DNA from: Bacilli bacterium
GTDB lineage: Bacteria; Bacillota_I; Bacilli_A; RF39; UBA660
Assembly: GCA_017460175.1 (NCBI GenBank)
Contig: JAFUBO010000003.1
Coordinates: 96,651-160,650, forward strand
Length of the DNA: 64,000 bases
Direction of reading: 5' to 3'
Below, piece by piece: positions 27,731 through 36,814 of the stretch; positions within the stretch are counted from its first letter, which is position 1, and each line of letters opens with the position of its first letter. Made by a program: the position numbers and the translations under genes. Below the pieces are notes generated by a model. That model was not told the DNA's origin, searched no databases, and was given only the letters and a program-made list of their open reading frames with translations.

Positions 27731-28912
27731 ATGAAAATTTTATCTGTTAATGCTGGAAGCAGTTCTTTAAAATTTACATTATTTGAGATGAGTGATGAAA
27801 GCGTATTAGTAAGTGGTGTATTTGAAAGAATTGGTCTAGATAATAGTTTTTATACAATTAAATTGAACGGAGAAAAAATTAGAGAAGATGTTGAACTTCC
27901 TACTCATACAGAAGCAGTTCAAATATTATTAAATAAATTAATTGATTTGAATATTATCAAATCATTTGATGAGATAAAAGGTGTAGGACATAGAATCTTA
28001 CATGGAGGAGAAAAGTATTCTGATTCAGTTATTATTAATGATGATGTTATTGAAAATATTAAAGAATTAACTCCATTAGGTCCACTACATCATCCAGGAG
28101 AAATAGCAGGTATTTTAGCTTTAAAAGAAGTATTACCTGAAGCTATTATGGTTGCGGTATATGATACAGCTTTTCATCAAACTATGAGCGAAGATACATA
28201 TTTATATCCAATACCTTATAAATGGTATAAAGAATATAATGTTCGTAAATATGGTTTTCATGGAACAAGTCATAAGTATATAGCTGAAACTGTAAAAAAG
28301 ATATTGAAAAAAGATAACTATAAATTGATAAGTTGTCATATAGGTAGTGGTGGAAGTATATGTGCAATTAAAGATGGTATTTGTGTTGATACTTCTATGG
28401 GTTTTACTCCTCTTGCAGGAATTATGATGGGAACTCGTAGTGGTGATATAGATCCATCAATTATTCCATATGTTATGGAAAAAGAAGGTAAGAATGCTTC
28501 TGAAATAATAGAAGATTTAAATAAGCAAAGTGGTGTCTTAGGACTTAGTGAATTGTGTAGTGATATGCGTGATTTAGTAAGTGCATGTGATGAAGGAAAT
28601 AAGCAAGCAATTTTAGCTAAAAATAAATATGTAAGAAGAATAGTAGATTATATAGCTCAATACTATGTGTTATTAGGTGGATGTGATATTATTGTCTTTA
28701 CTGCAGGTGTTGGTGAGAATAATATAGTTATAAGACGTGAAATATGCGAAAAATTATCTTGTTTAGGTGTAAAAATAGATTTAGATTTAAATAACATTCG
28801 AGGAGAAGAAACAAAAATTAGTACAGATGACTCTAATGTATTAGTGTATACTATTCCTACAAATGAAGAATTAATGATTGCTAGGGATACTTTAAGATTA
28901 ATGAATAGATAG
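27731..28912 (+). CDS. ackA: Acetate kinase (copy 2)
   Basis: Same AckA motifs (VNAGSSSLK, GHRILHGG, RKYGFHGTSH, PTNEEL) with a clearly diverged sequence. Confidence 0.96.
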   Translation: MKILSVNAGSSSLKFTLFEMSDESVLVSGVFERIGLDNSFYTIKLNGEKIREDVELPTHTEAVQILLNKLIDLNIIKSFDEIKGVGHRILHGGEKYSDSVIINDDVIENIKELTPLGPLHHPGEIAGILALKEVLPEAIMVAVYDTAFHQTMSEDTYLYPIPYKWYKEYNVRKYGFHGTSHKYIAETVKKILKKDNYKLISCHIGSGGSICAIKDGICVDTSMGFTPLAGIMMGTRSGDIDPSIIPYVMEKEGKNASEIIEDLNKQSGVLGLSELCSDMRDLVSACDEGNKQAILAKNKYVRRIVDYIAQYYVLLGGCDIIVFTAGVGENNIVIRREICEKLSCLGVKIDLDLNNIRGEETKISTDDSNVLVYTIPTNEELMIARDTLRLMNR

Positions 28913-28921
28913 GAAATTTTT

Positions 28922-29872
28922 ATGTATAATGAATTAATAAGTAAAATTAAGGAATATGATACTATAGTAATTGCAAGACATATTGGAGTTGATCCTGACG
29001 CATTGTGTAGTCAGTTAGCTTTAAGGGATGCAATACTTTTAACATATCCAAATAAAAAAGTATTGGCTGTTGGAACAGGTAGTCAAAAGTTTTTATCATT
29101 TGGAAAATTAGATAAGGTAGAAAAGGTTTCAAATGCATTATTGATAGTATGTGATACTCCAGATAAAAAAAGAGTTGATTCAATAAACTTTGATGATTTT
29201 GATTATTCAATAAAGATAGATCACCATCCTTTTGTAGAAAAATTTTGTGATTTGGAGTATATTGATGATAAGAAAACTTCAGTATGTGAAATAATAATGG
29301 ATATAATTGAGGAAACAGAATTAATATGTAATGCTGATATTGCAGAACTATTATATATGGGTTTAGTTTCTGATTCTAATAGATTCTTATTTAATAGTTG
29401 TAATTATAAAACATTTGATATAGTATCAAAGTATTTAGAAAAATATCCATTTGATTTATCAAATGCATATCAAAAGTTATATATACGACCAATAAATGAA
29501 GTTCGTTTAGAAGGTTATATATCTTTAAATATGACAGTTACAGATAATAATTTAGGTTATATAGTTATTACTTATGAAGTTATAAATAAGTTAGGTGTAG
29601 ATACAGCTTCAGCAGGTAATATGGTTAATAATTTTAACTTTATTAAAGAGGTTCTTGTATGGGTTACTATAACTGAAGATATTAAAAATAATCAATATCG
29701 TGTATCTATTAGATCTCGTGGACCAGAAATTAAAGAAATTGCAGAAAAACACTTAGGTGGAGGACATAAATATGCAGCAGGTGTTAAAGCACATACTTTA
29801 GATGATGCATTAGCTGTTGTAAAGGATTTAGATATACTTTTAAGTGAATATAAAAAAGAGGAGAGGGTATAA
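28922..29872 (+). CDS. nrnA: DHH/DHHA1 nanoRNase / pAp phosphatase
   Basis: RHIGVDPDA, IDHHP, DSNRF, SIRSRG, GGGHKYAAG. Confidence 0.85.
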   Translation: MYNELISKIKEYDTIVIARHIGVDPDALCSQLALRDAILLTYPNKKVLAVGTGSQKFLSFGKLDKVEKVSNALLIVCDTPDKKRVDSINFDDFDYSIKIDHHPFVEKFCDLEYIDDKKTSVCEIIMDIIEETELICNADIAELLYMGLVSDSNRFLFNSCNYKTFDIVSKYLEKYPFDLSNAYQKLYIRPINEVRLEGYISLNMTVTDNNLGYIVITYEVINKLGVDTASAGNMVNNFNFIKEVLVWVTITEDIKNNQYRVSIRSRGPEIKEIAEKHLGGGHKYAAGVKAHTLDDALAVVKDLDILLSEYKKEERV

Positions 29873-29873
29873 T

Positions 29874-30470
29874 ATGGTAATAAAAGAAGCTAATTTGGAT
29901 ATTATTGCGACTAGAAGAAGTCAATATCCAGATGATAATCGACCTGAGTTTTTATTAGTAGGTAGAAGTAATGTTGGTAAAAGTAGTTTTATTAATTCAA
30001 TTTTATCTCGTAAGAATTTAGCCCATACTTCCGCAACACCAGGAAAAACTCAAACTTTAAACTTTTATGGTGTTAATGATGCATTTTATTTAATAGATGT
30101 TCCAGGTTATGGATATGCTGCTACTGATAAAAAAACTCAAGCTAAATTTGGAATGATGATAGAGGAATATTTAGAAAAAAGAGATCAGTTAAAAAGAGTT
30201 TTCATGCTAGTAGATTTTAGGCATAAACCATCTGAAGATGATTTATTAATGTATAATTTTTTAAAGTATTATAATTTACCAGTTACTGTAGTCGCAACTA
30301 AAGCTGATAAAATAGGTGGTAGTAAAAAACAAAAAAATTTAAAAGTAATATTAGATACTTTAGATTTAGTAGTAGGAGATGATTTAGTAGTTTTCTCTAG
30401 TGTTACTAAATTAGGTGTTAAAGATGTTTTAAACAAAATAGAAGGTTTAGTTAAAGAAGAAATTATTTAA
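29874..30470 (+). CDS. engB: Ribosome biogenesis GTP-binding protein YsxC/EngB
   Basis: GRSNVGKSS, TPGKTQ, DVPGYG, TKADK. Start moved to 29874. Confidence 0.96.
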   Translation: MVIKEANLDIIATRRSQYPDDNRPEFLLVGRSNVGKSSFINSILSRKNLAHTSATPGKTQTLNFYGVNDAFYLIDVPGYGYAATDKKTQAKFGMMIEEYLEKRDQLKRVFMLVDFRHKPSEDDLLMYNFLKYYNLPVTVVATKADKIGGSKKQKNLKVILDTLDLVVGDDLVVFSSVTKLGVKDVLNKIEGLVKEEII

Positions 30471-30502
30471 TGTTTCATCATATATTATATTAGGTGAAAT
30501 AT

Positions 30503-30937
30503 ATGAAGATTGAAAAAATTAATGCTACGGACTATAAAATTTATTTTTATAAAACTAAATTATTGAAAGATAATTTGATAGATGATATTAAAGATATAAT
30601 AAAGAAACTACAAAAGAGATTAAAATTAAAAGGGTTTTATAGAGTAATAGTCTTGTATAAAAATATAGGTTTATTTTTTCAATTGATTCGTTTAGAAGAT
30701 TCGTTTTATAAAAATACACTAGACTTAAAAATAGAAATAAGAGATAATGATGATGTGTATTTTAAAACAAAAGATTATTTTCTAATTAAAGATTTTGCTC
30801 AAGTAAAATATTTTGATGGGTATTATTATTGTTTAGTAGATGAATGTTTTGATGAGATACTTGAAAAGGTAGAATTTGGGGATTTTATTTTTGGTTATGA
30901 TATATATGATGTTATAGATAAGGCTTATGTGATATAA
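30503..30937 (+). CDS. Hypothetical protein, weakly MecA/YpbH-like at the N-terminus
   Basis: MKIEKINATDYKIYF resembles the MecA-family start; the rest is not recognised. Confidence 0.35.
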   Translation: MKIEKINATDYKIYFYKTKLLKDNLIDDIKDIIKKLQKRLKLKGFYRVIVLYKNIGLFFQLIRLEDSFYKNTLDLKIEIRDNDDVYFKTKDYFLIKDFAQVKYFDGYYYCLVDECFDEILEKVEFGDFIFGYDIYDVIDKAYVI

Positions 30938-30950
30938 AGTAGGTGATAAG

Positions 30951-31649
30951 ATGAGTAATAAAAAGAAATTTTTTATAATATTTTTATTGATAATAGTAGA
31001 TTCATTTTTATTTATAGGTTATTTAGTAATAAGGGATAAAACTAATTTAGTTGATCTAAAAAAAGAAATTAAAGAATTAGATAAGTTGGATATTACTAAA
31101 GATAGTTATGATAGAAGAATTAAGACTAGTGGTGATTATGCTGTTGTTGAAAAGACTATTAAGAATTATTTAAATAGTTATTCTAATGATGTTCAAGAAA
31201 TAAAAAAACTTATGAATGATTCATATTTAACTAAGATATTATCATATGATAATTATTCTAAAGATGGATTTGAATTTACTAAATCATTTAAATATCTAGA
31301 AAGTGAAAAGAAGAGTTTTAATAAGAAAATAGATTTATTAATAAAGAAATCTAATAAAGATTATATTAATAAGTATATAGATAAAAAGATATCTGATAAT
31401 TATTATAATGAGTTATGTAAGGAATTAATGATTACAGATGAGAGAATTAAGAGTTTTGAAAAGAATAAAGAGACTTTAGAAGAAATAAAAGTTAAAGTTA
31501 ATAAAACAATAGATTTAAGTAGTGAAGTGTTAACTTTATTAAAGGAGAATAAAGATAATTGTGTACTAGAGGATAATCAAATTAAATTTAAATCAAAACC
31601 TGTATATGACAAATATAATGAATTAATAAGTAAAATAAAAGAAGGTTAG
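30951..31649 (+). CDS. Hypothetical membrane-anchored helical protein
   Basis: Single N-terminal TM then K/E-rich helices; AGGTGAT SD. Confidence 0.75.
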   Translation: MSNKKKFFIIFLLIIVDSFLFIGYLVIRDKTNLVDLKKEIKELDKLDITKDSYDRRIKTSGDYAVVEKTIKNYLNSYSNDVQEIKKLMNDSYLTKILSYDNYSKDGFEFTKSFKYLESEKKSFNKKIDLLIKKSNKDYINKYIDKKISDNYYNELCKELMITDERIKSFEKNKETLEEIKVKVNKTIDLSSEVLTLLKENKDNCVLEDNQIKFKSKPVYDKYNELISKIKEG

Positions 31650-31662
31650 AGCCTTCTTTTTT
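31638..31662. terminator. Bidirectional terminator
   Basis: AAAGAAGG-TTAGAG-CCTTCTTT between convergent genes. Confidence 0.7.
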
Positions 31663-33124
31663 ATATTACGATAGTAATAACATTATTACTTCCTTTATTT
31701 ACTACTTTAGTAAGGGTATTTTGTAGTTTGTATCTTATATTATCTGGCATTAAGTTAATTTTAGATTGAATACCTTCTTGAACAATTGATTCTAGACTTC
31801 TACCAAAAATTTCACTTTTCCAAATATCACTATCATTTTTTGTAAGATAGTCAATTAGTTCTTTAGATTGTACTTCACTACCAATGATTGGTTCAAATGT
31901 TGATTCTACATCAACTTTTATTAAATGTATTGATGGAGCTACAGCTTTTAATTTAACGCCAAATCTAGTTCCTTGTTTAATTATTTCTGGTTTATCTAGT
32001 TTCATATCTTCTATTGATGGAGTAGCTATACCATAGCCTGTTTGTTTTACCATTTTTAGTGCATATTTAAATTGATCATATTCTTTTTTTGCTACATTAA
32101 ATTCTTGGAATAGTGATAATAGATCTGCTTTATTTTTAATATCTACATTAATTAATTCTTTTAATGCTTCATTATATAAATTATTAGGGGCAGTTAAGTT
32201 TACTGTGATTGTTCCTGTTGAGGTATCAACATCTGATAAATATGCTTTTTCTATATATTCATTTTCTATGAAGTGTTCACATATTTTATCTACATCTTTT
32301 ATTTTATCGATTTCCATTGAACTTTCTTTTATAGAATCAATATATGCTTTCTTTATTTTGTTATCAGGATTTAATATAGAAATCCATTCAGGCATATTAA
32401 TTCTTACTTCTAATACTGGAAATTCATATAAAGCTTCTCTTAGAATATTAGACATGTCTTTTTCGTTCATAGATTCTACATTTATTGGGAGTACTGGTAC
32501 TTTATATTCATCTTTTAAATTATTTGCGAGATTTTCTGTATCTGATTGATTAGGATGAGTAGTATTAAGTATTACTATGTATGGTTTACCAATTTCTTGT
32601 AGTTCTTTTACAACACGATGTTCTGCGTCTACATAATCAGCTCTTTCAAATTCTCCGATTGAACCATCGCTAGTTACTACAATACCAATTGTTGAATGTT
32701 CTTTAATTACTTTTTCTGTTCCAATTTCTGCTGCTTCTGTAAAAGGTATTTCATCATTATACCATGGTGTTTTTACCATTCTAGGACCATTTTCATCAGT
32801 AGCACCTATTGCATTATTGATCATATATCCTACGCAATCTATTAATTTAATGTTACAGGTTACATCATCTATTTTTATTTTAGCAGTATTATTAGGTACA
32901 AATTTTGGTTCTGTAGTCATAATTGTTTTACCAGCTGCACTTTGAGGTACTTCATCTAATGCTCTTTTTCTTTCATATTCATCTTCTATATTAGGTACTA
33001 CTAAAGTTTCAATCATTCTTTTTATAAAAGTAGATTTACCAGTTCTAACGGCACCTACTACTCCTAAATAGATATCTCCGCCACTACGCTTGGCAATATT
33101 TTTTATAATTTCATATTTTTCCAT
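31661..33124 (-). CDS. spoIVA: Stage IV sporulation protein A (coat basement ATPase)
   Basis: GGDIYLGVVGAVRTGKSTFIKR, MTTEPKFVP, EAAEIGTEKVI, PSIHLIKVD. Confidence 0.97.
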   Translation of the reverse strand: MEKYEIIKNIAKRSGGDIYLGVVGAVRTGKSTFIKRMIETLVVPNIEDEYERKRALDEVPQSAAGKTIMTTEPKFVPNNTAKIKIDDVTCNIKLIDCVGYMINNAIGATDENGPRMVKTPWYNDEIPFTEAAEIGTEKVIKEHSTIGIVVTSDGSIGEFERADYVDAEHRVVKELQEIGKPYIVILNTTHPNQSDTENLANNLKDEYKVPVLPINVESMNEKDMSNILREALYEFPVLEVRINMPEWISILNPDNKIKKAYIDSIKESSMEIDKIKDVDKICEHFIENEYIEKAYLSDVDTSTGTITVNLTAPNNLYNEALKELINVDIKNKADLLSLFQEFNVAKKEYDQFKYALKMVKQTGYGIATPSIEDMKLDKPEIIKQGTRFGVKLKAVAPSIHLIKVDVESTFEPIIGSEVQSKELIDYLTKNDSDIWKSEIFGRSLESIVQEGIQSKINLMPDNIRYKLQNTLTKVVNKGSNNVITIVI

Positions 33125-33146
33125 AAACTTTCTCCTTATTTAGTAA

Positions 33147-33154
33147 ATAGTATG
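33147..33154 (-). promoter_or_regulatory. SigE-like -10 element upstream of spoIVA
   Basis: Minus strand CATACTAT fits CATAnnnT; spoIVA is SigE-dependent in B. subtilis. No clear -35. Confidence 0.5.
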
Positions 33155-33181
33155 TTTATTAATAAAAAAAAGAACAAAATG

Positions 33182-33421
33182 TTAAAACATTTTGTCTATG
33201 TTATTTGGTACTTGATCATTTATAATAGCATTTATTATTTTATCTTCTTTTTCTTTTGATACTGGTTTATTTGTTAAATTACTTATATCTTGTATTACTT
33301 CACGTAGTGTATTTTCATCTTTCATATTATTTTGTTGTATTTTATTGGCTAAATTCATAATAGTTTCTTTATTAATATTAGTCTTTTTTTCTATTTTATT
33401 AAACAAACTATCTTTAAACAT
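33182..33421 (-). CDS. spoVIF: Stage VI sporulation protein F-like
   Basis: FNKIEKKTNI...LANKIQ..NMKDE..LREVI..IS....KPVSKEKEDKII.AI pattern. Confidence 0.85.
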   Translation of the reverse strand: MFKDSLFNKIEKKTNINKETIMNLANKIQQNNMKDENTLREVIQDISNLTNKPVSKEKEDKIINAIINDQVPNNIDKMF

Positions 33422-33457
33422 AAAACCTCCTACTTAATTATATGTAGGAGGTTTTAT
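33420..33457. repeat. Perfect 14-bp inverted repeat covering the spoVIF SD and start codon
   Basis: ATAAAACCTCCTAC (33420-33433), 10-nt loop, GTAGGAGGTTTTAT (33444-33457). Confidence 0.9.
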
Positions 33458-33720
33458 TATTTGTTCCTTAATTTGTTTAATTTATTACATTGTTTGTTAA
33501 ATTCATCTAAAGATATTAATCCTTGATTTAGTCTTTGTTGTAGCATGTTAAATGATCTATCTATCATATCTTCTTTATTATTAATATTTGTATATTTTGG
33601 TGTTTCTAGTTTTTGATTAGTTATATTAATATTATTTTTTGATGCTTCTTTGATAGTATTAAATTTTTTTCTAAAGTTAGCATCTGTATTATTGAAATTA
33701 TTATCATTTCCAATTATCAT
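33457..33720 (-). CDS. Small hypothetical protein with SHOCT-like C-terminus
   Basis: Ends LQQRLNQGLISLDEFNKQCNKL; TAATG stop/start overlap with der. Confidence 0.65.
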   Translation of the reverse strand: MIIGNDNNFNNTDANFRKKFNTIKEASKNNINITNQKLETPKYTNINNKEDMIDRSFNMLQQRLNQGLISLDEFNKQCNKLNKLRNK

Positions 33721-35027
33721 TATTCATCACCATTTCTATTTTTAAATTGTAGTACTATAGGTGTACCTTCAAAGTTAAAGTTTTCTCTTATTTTATTTTC
33801 TAAGTATCTTTCATATGAGAAGTGTACTAATCCTTTGTTGTTTACTCTAAATGTAAATTTAGGTGGATTAATTCCTGTTTGACTAGTGAAATATATTTTT
33901 AATCTTTTTCCTTTATATGATGGAGGTATATTTAATTGGTAAGCATCTAATATTACTTCATTTAATATACTAGTTTTTATTTCTCTTTTTATATTTTCTT
34001 TTACTTTTAATATTTCAGGCATTAGTGTATGTATTCTTTTTTTAGTTTTTGCAGATAAAAATACTATTGGTGCATATGTAGCAAATTGAAATTCAGCTCT
34101 CATTAGTTTTTCAAAGTCTTGAATAGTAGTATCAGTAACTGTATCCCATTTGTTTACTACGAATATTAGTCCTTTACCACGTTCTATTGCATATCCTGCG
34201 ATATGTTTATCATGTTCTGTTATTCCTTCTTCAGCATTTATTACTACTAAACAGATGTCTGATCTATCTATTGATTTTAATGATCTTAATAAGCTATATT
34301 TTTCAATAGATTCAAATACTTTACCTTTTTTTCTCATACCAGCAGTATCAATTACTACAAACTCTTCATTATGATATTTTAAGACTGAATCAATAGAGTC
34401 ACGTGTTGTACCTGCGATATTTGATACTACAACTCTCTCTTCATTTAATAAAGCATTCATAAGAGAACTTTTACCTACATTAGGTCTACCTATGATTGAA
34501 AATTTTATTCTTTCATCTATTTTCTCTTCTTGTTCATGAAAACTCATTGTAACTGTATCCATAAGTTCAATGAATCCAGTATTATGAATACTACTAATAG
34601 GAATATATGTATCAAATCCTAATTCATAGAAATCATATATATTATCTTTTGCTTCTTTTACATCTATTTTATTTATTGCGACTATTATTTTCTTTTTACT
34701 TTTTCTTAGAATATCTCTAACTATTAAGTCATTAGCAGTTAGTCCTTCTTTTCCATCTACTATGAATACAATTATATCTGCTTCATCAATAGCAATTTCT
34801 GCTTGCATTTTTATTTCTGTATTAAAATTCATTTTAGTAGCATCTATACCACCAGTATCTATTAAGTAAAATCTTTTTTTGTTGTATGTGGCTTCATGAT
34901 AAATTCTATCTCTAGTAACACCTGGTAAATCTTCAATTATTGAAACTTGTTTTCCTACTATTTTATTAAATAGAGTAGATTTACCTACATTAGGTCTTCC
35001 TACTAAGGCAACAGTTGGTAGATTCAT
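33720..35027 (-). CDS. der: Ribosome biogenesis GTPase Der/EngA
   Basis: Two G domains (GRPNVGKS twice, DTGG/DTAG, NKID/NKWD) plus KH-like domain. Start moved to 35027. Confidence 0.98.
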   Translation of the reverse strand: MNLPTVALVGRPNVGKSTLFNKIVGKQVSIIEDLPGVTRDRIYHEATYNKKRFYLIDTGGIDATKMNFNTEIKMQAEIAIDEADIIVFIVDGKEGLTANDLIVRDILRKSKKKIIVAINKIDVKEAKDNIYDFYELGFDTYIPISSIHNTGFIELMDTVTMSFHEQEEKIDERIKFSIIGRPNVGKSSLMNALLNEERVVVSNIAGTTRDSIDSVLKYHNEEFVVIDTAGMRKKGKVFESIEKYSLLRSLKSIDRSDICLVVINAEEGITEHDKHIAGYAIERGKGLIFVVNKWDTVTDTTIQDFEKLMRAEFQFATYAPIVFLSAKTKKRIHTLMPEILKVKENIKREIKTSILNEVILDAYQLNIPPSYKGKRLKIYFTSQTGINPPKFTFRVNNKGLVHFSYERYLENKIRENFNFEGTPIVLQFKNRNGDE

Positions 35028-35136
35028 AGTATCCCCTCCAATTCGCATTTATTATATCATATTTAACTATTTATTCGCAATCTACTTATTTCATTTATAA
35101 TTAATTAATGTTATAATTAATTAGGATGGTGATTAG

Positions 35137-36036
35137 ATGGAAGATAAAAAGTGGTATAATAGTGCAAAGAAAATTACTAATCTAATTATAGGTTTGATTT
35201 TATTAATAATTATATGTAATCAGTCTTTTGCTTTTGGAAAAAATGGTTCTTTAGAGTTGTTTACAAGCATAATTAATCATAATACTATATATTTGTTTGT
35301 ATTAATTTATTTTATATTACTTAAAATATATGTAGGAAAAAGATATTTTAATTATTTAAGTGTTTTCTTAATATTTATATACTTTATTACTACTATTACT
35401 TCTTTATTAACACTTATACAAGTATTTTCACTTAACAGTGTTTTAGATTTTATATTAAATTCTTTGTTATTGATATATTTAGTTCATGTATTACTTAGAG
35501 ATACGAGAGTATGGAGAGAATTTTATCTTAGTAGTTCTCCTTTTAATGAATTAACTAATGATTTCATATTTTATAGTATTGTAGTAGTTAGTATATTTTT
35601 GTTAGCTGTTAATCTTATTAATACAGTTGTGATTAGTGGTGTAATTATATCTGTATTAGATACTATATTTAAAATATTATTTTCAAGGTATATTTATTTA
35701 TATAGAGATTATCTTGATAAGAAAAAAATTAATATAGATAATACAGGTAATTTTGATGTAGTGAGAGATAAAGTACAAGATGTATTGGATAAGACAGATA
35801 TAGATGAAAAAATAGTAGCTAAAACTAAGGAAGTAAAGAAAAAAGTAGATAGTTATGTAAAGGATAAGAAGATAGATAAGAAAGTTGAAAAAATTAAAGA
35901 TAAAGTAGTTGATACTACAAAGGAAATTGAGAATAAAGTTAATGATATAGTTGTAGATACAAAGAAAGAAATTAATAAAAAAAGTTCTAAGAAAAGTACT
36001 ACTAAAAAGAAAAGTACTAAGAAAGGGGATAAGTAA
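35137..36036 (+). CDS. Hypothetical multi-TM protein with repeated amphipathic helices and a Lys-rich tail
   Basis: About 6 TM, then KVVDTTKEI / IVVDTKKEI repeats and KKSSKKSTTKKKSTKK. Confidence 0.75.
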   Translation: MEDKKWYNSAKKITNLIIGLILLIIICNQSFAFGKNGSLELFTSIINHNTIYLFVLIYFILLKIYVGKRYFNYLSVFLIFIYFITTITSLLTLIQVFSLNSVLDFILNSLLLIYLVHVLLRDTRVWREFYLSSSPFNELTNDFIFYSIVVVSIFLLAVNLINTVVISGVIISVLDTIFKILFSRYIYLYRDYLDKKKINIDNTGNFDVVRDKVQDVLDKTDIDEKIVAKTKEVKKKVDSYVKDKKIDKKVEKIKDKVVDTTKEIENKVNDIVVDTKKEINKKSSKKSTTKKKSTKKGDK

Positions 36037-36038
36037 TT

Positions 36039-36383
36039 ATGGATTTATTTGATGAAATAAATAAAAGTAAGAAAGATTTCCCAAAGGTTCATTCTATAAA
36101 AACTAGAGTAAAGAGTTATAAATTTAATTTTTATCAAATATTTGCGATAGGATTATTTGTTGTATGTTTTTGTTTAGGTATAATACTAGGTAATCTATTT
36201 TCTACGTGTGCTACAACATCATATTTTTCAAATGATACTTGTATAGTAACGGAATTTAATTTTTCATTAATGCTTGTAATCTGGACTATAGGTTTATTAG
36301 TATCTCTTTTTATCTTTGCAATTGGACACATTATAGTAATTTTAAGTCAAATTAATGAAAAACTTGAAAAAAATAACATATAA
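36039..36383 (+). CDS. Hypothetical 2-TM membrane protein
   Basis: Two hydrophobic helices flanking a CATTSYFSNDTC loop; 2 nt after the previous gene. Confidence 0.75.
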   Translation: MDLFDEINKSKKDFPKVHSIKTRVKSYKFNFYQIFAIGLFVVCFCLGIILGNLFSTCATTSYFSNDTCIVTEFNFSLMLVIWTIGLLVSLFIFAIGHIIVILSQINEKLEKNNI

Positions 36384-36462
36384 TTATTGCTTTTAGTTTT
36401 AAAATATGGTAATTTTAAATTGTAAGCATGATATGCTTAATTTACATAGGGAGGTAAATAAA

Positions 36463-36735
36463 ATGAAAAAAGTTGAATTAGTAGAAGCTGTAGCACAAGC
36501 TACTGGATTAACTAAAGCTGACTCTACTAGAGCAATCGATGCAACATTTGCTGCAATCACAAAAGCATTAGTAAAAGGAGATAAAGTTCCACTAGTTGGT
36601 TTTGGAACATTTGGTATTTCAAAAAGAGCTGCTCGTGAAGGACGTAATCCAAGAACTGGTGAAACAGTTAAAATCGCTGCTAGAAAAGCTGTTACTTTTA
36701 AAGCAGGAAGCGCATTAAAAGACGCTGTAAACTAA
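36463..36735 (+). CDS. hup: HU DNA-binding protein
   Basis: GFGTF, AREGRNPRTGE, FKAG. Start moved to 36463 behind GGGAGG. Confidence 0.98.
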   Translation: MKKVELVEAVAQATGLTKADSTRAIDATFAAITKALVKGDKVPLVGFGTFGISKRAAREGRNPRTGETVKIAARKAVTFKAGSALKDAVN

Positions 36736-36747
36736 TTTAAAGTAATA

Positions 36748-36778
36748 AAAAAAAGAACCTAAAAATAGGTTCTTTTCT
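36748..36778 (+). terminator. hup terminator
   Basis: AAAAGAACCTA-AAAA-TAGGTTCTTTT. Confidence 0.8.
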
Positions 36779-36814
36779 TTTAATTATGATATACTAAATT
36801 TAGGTGGTGATTTA

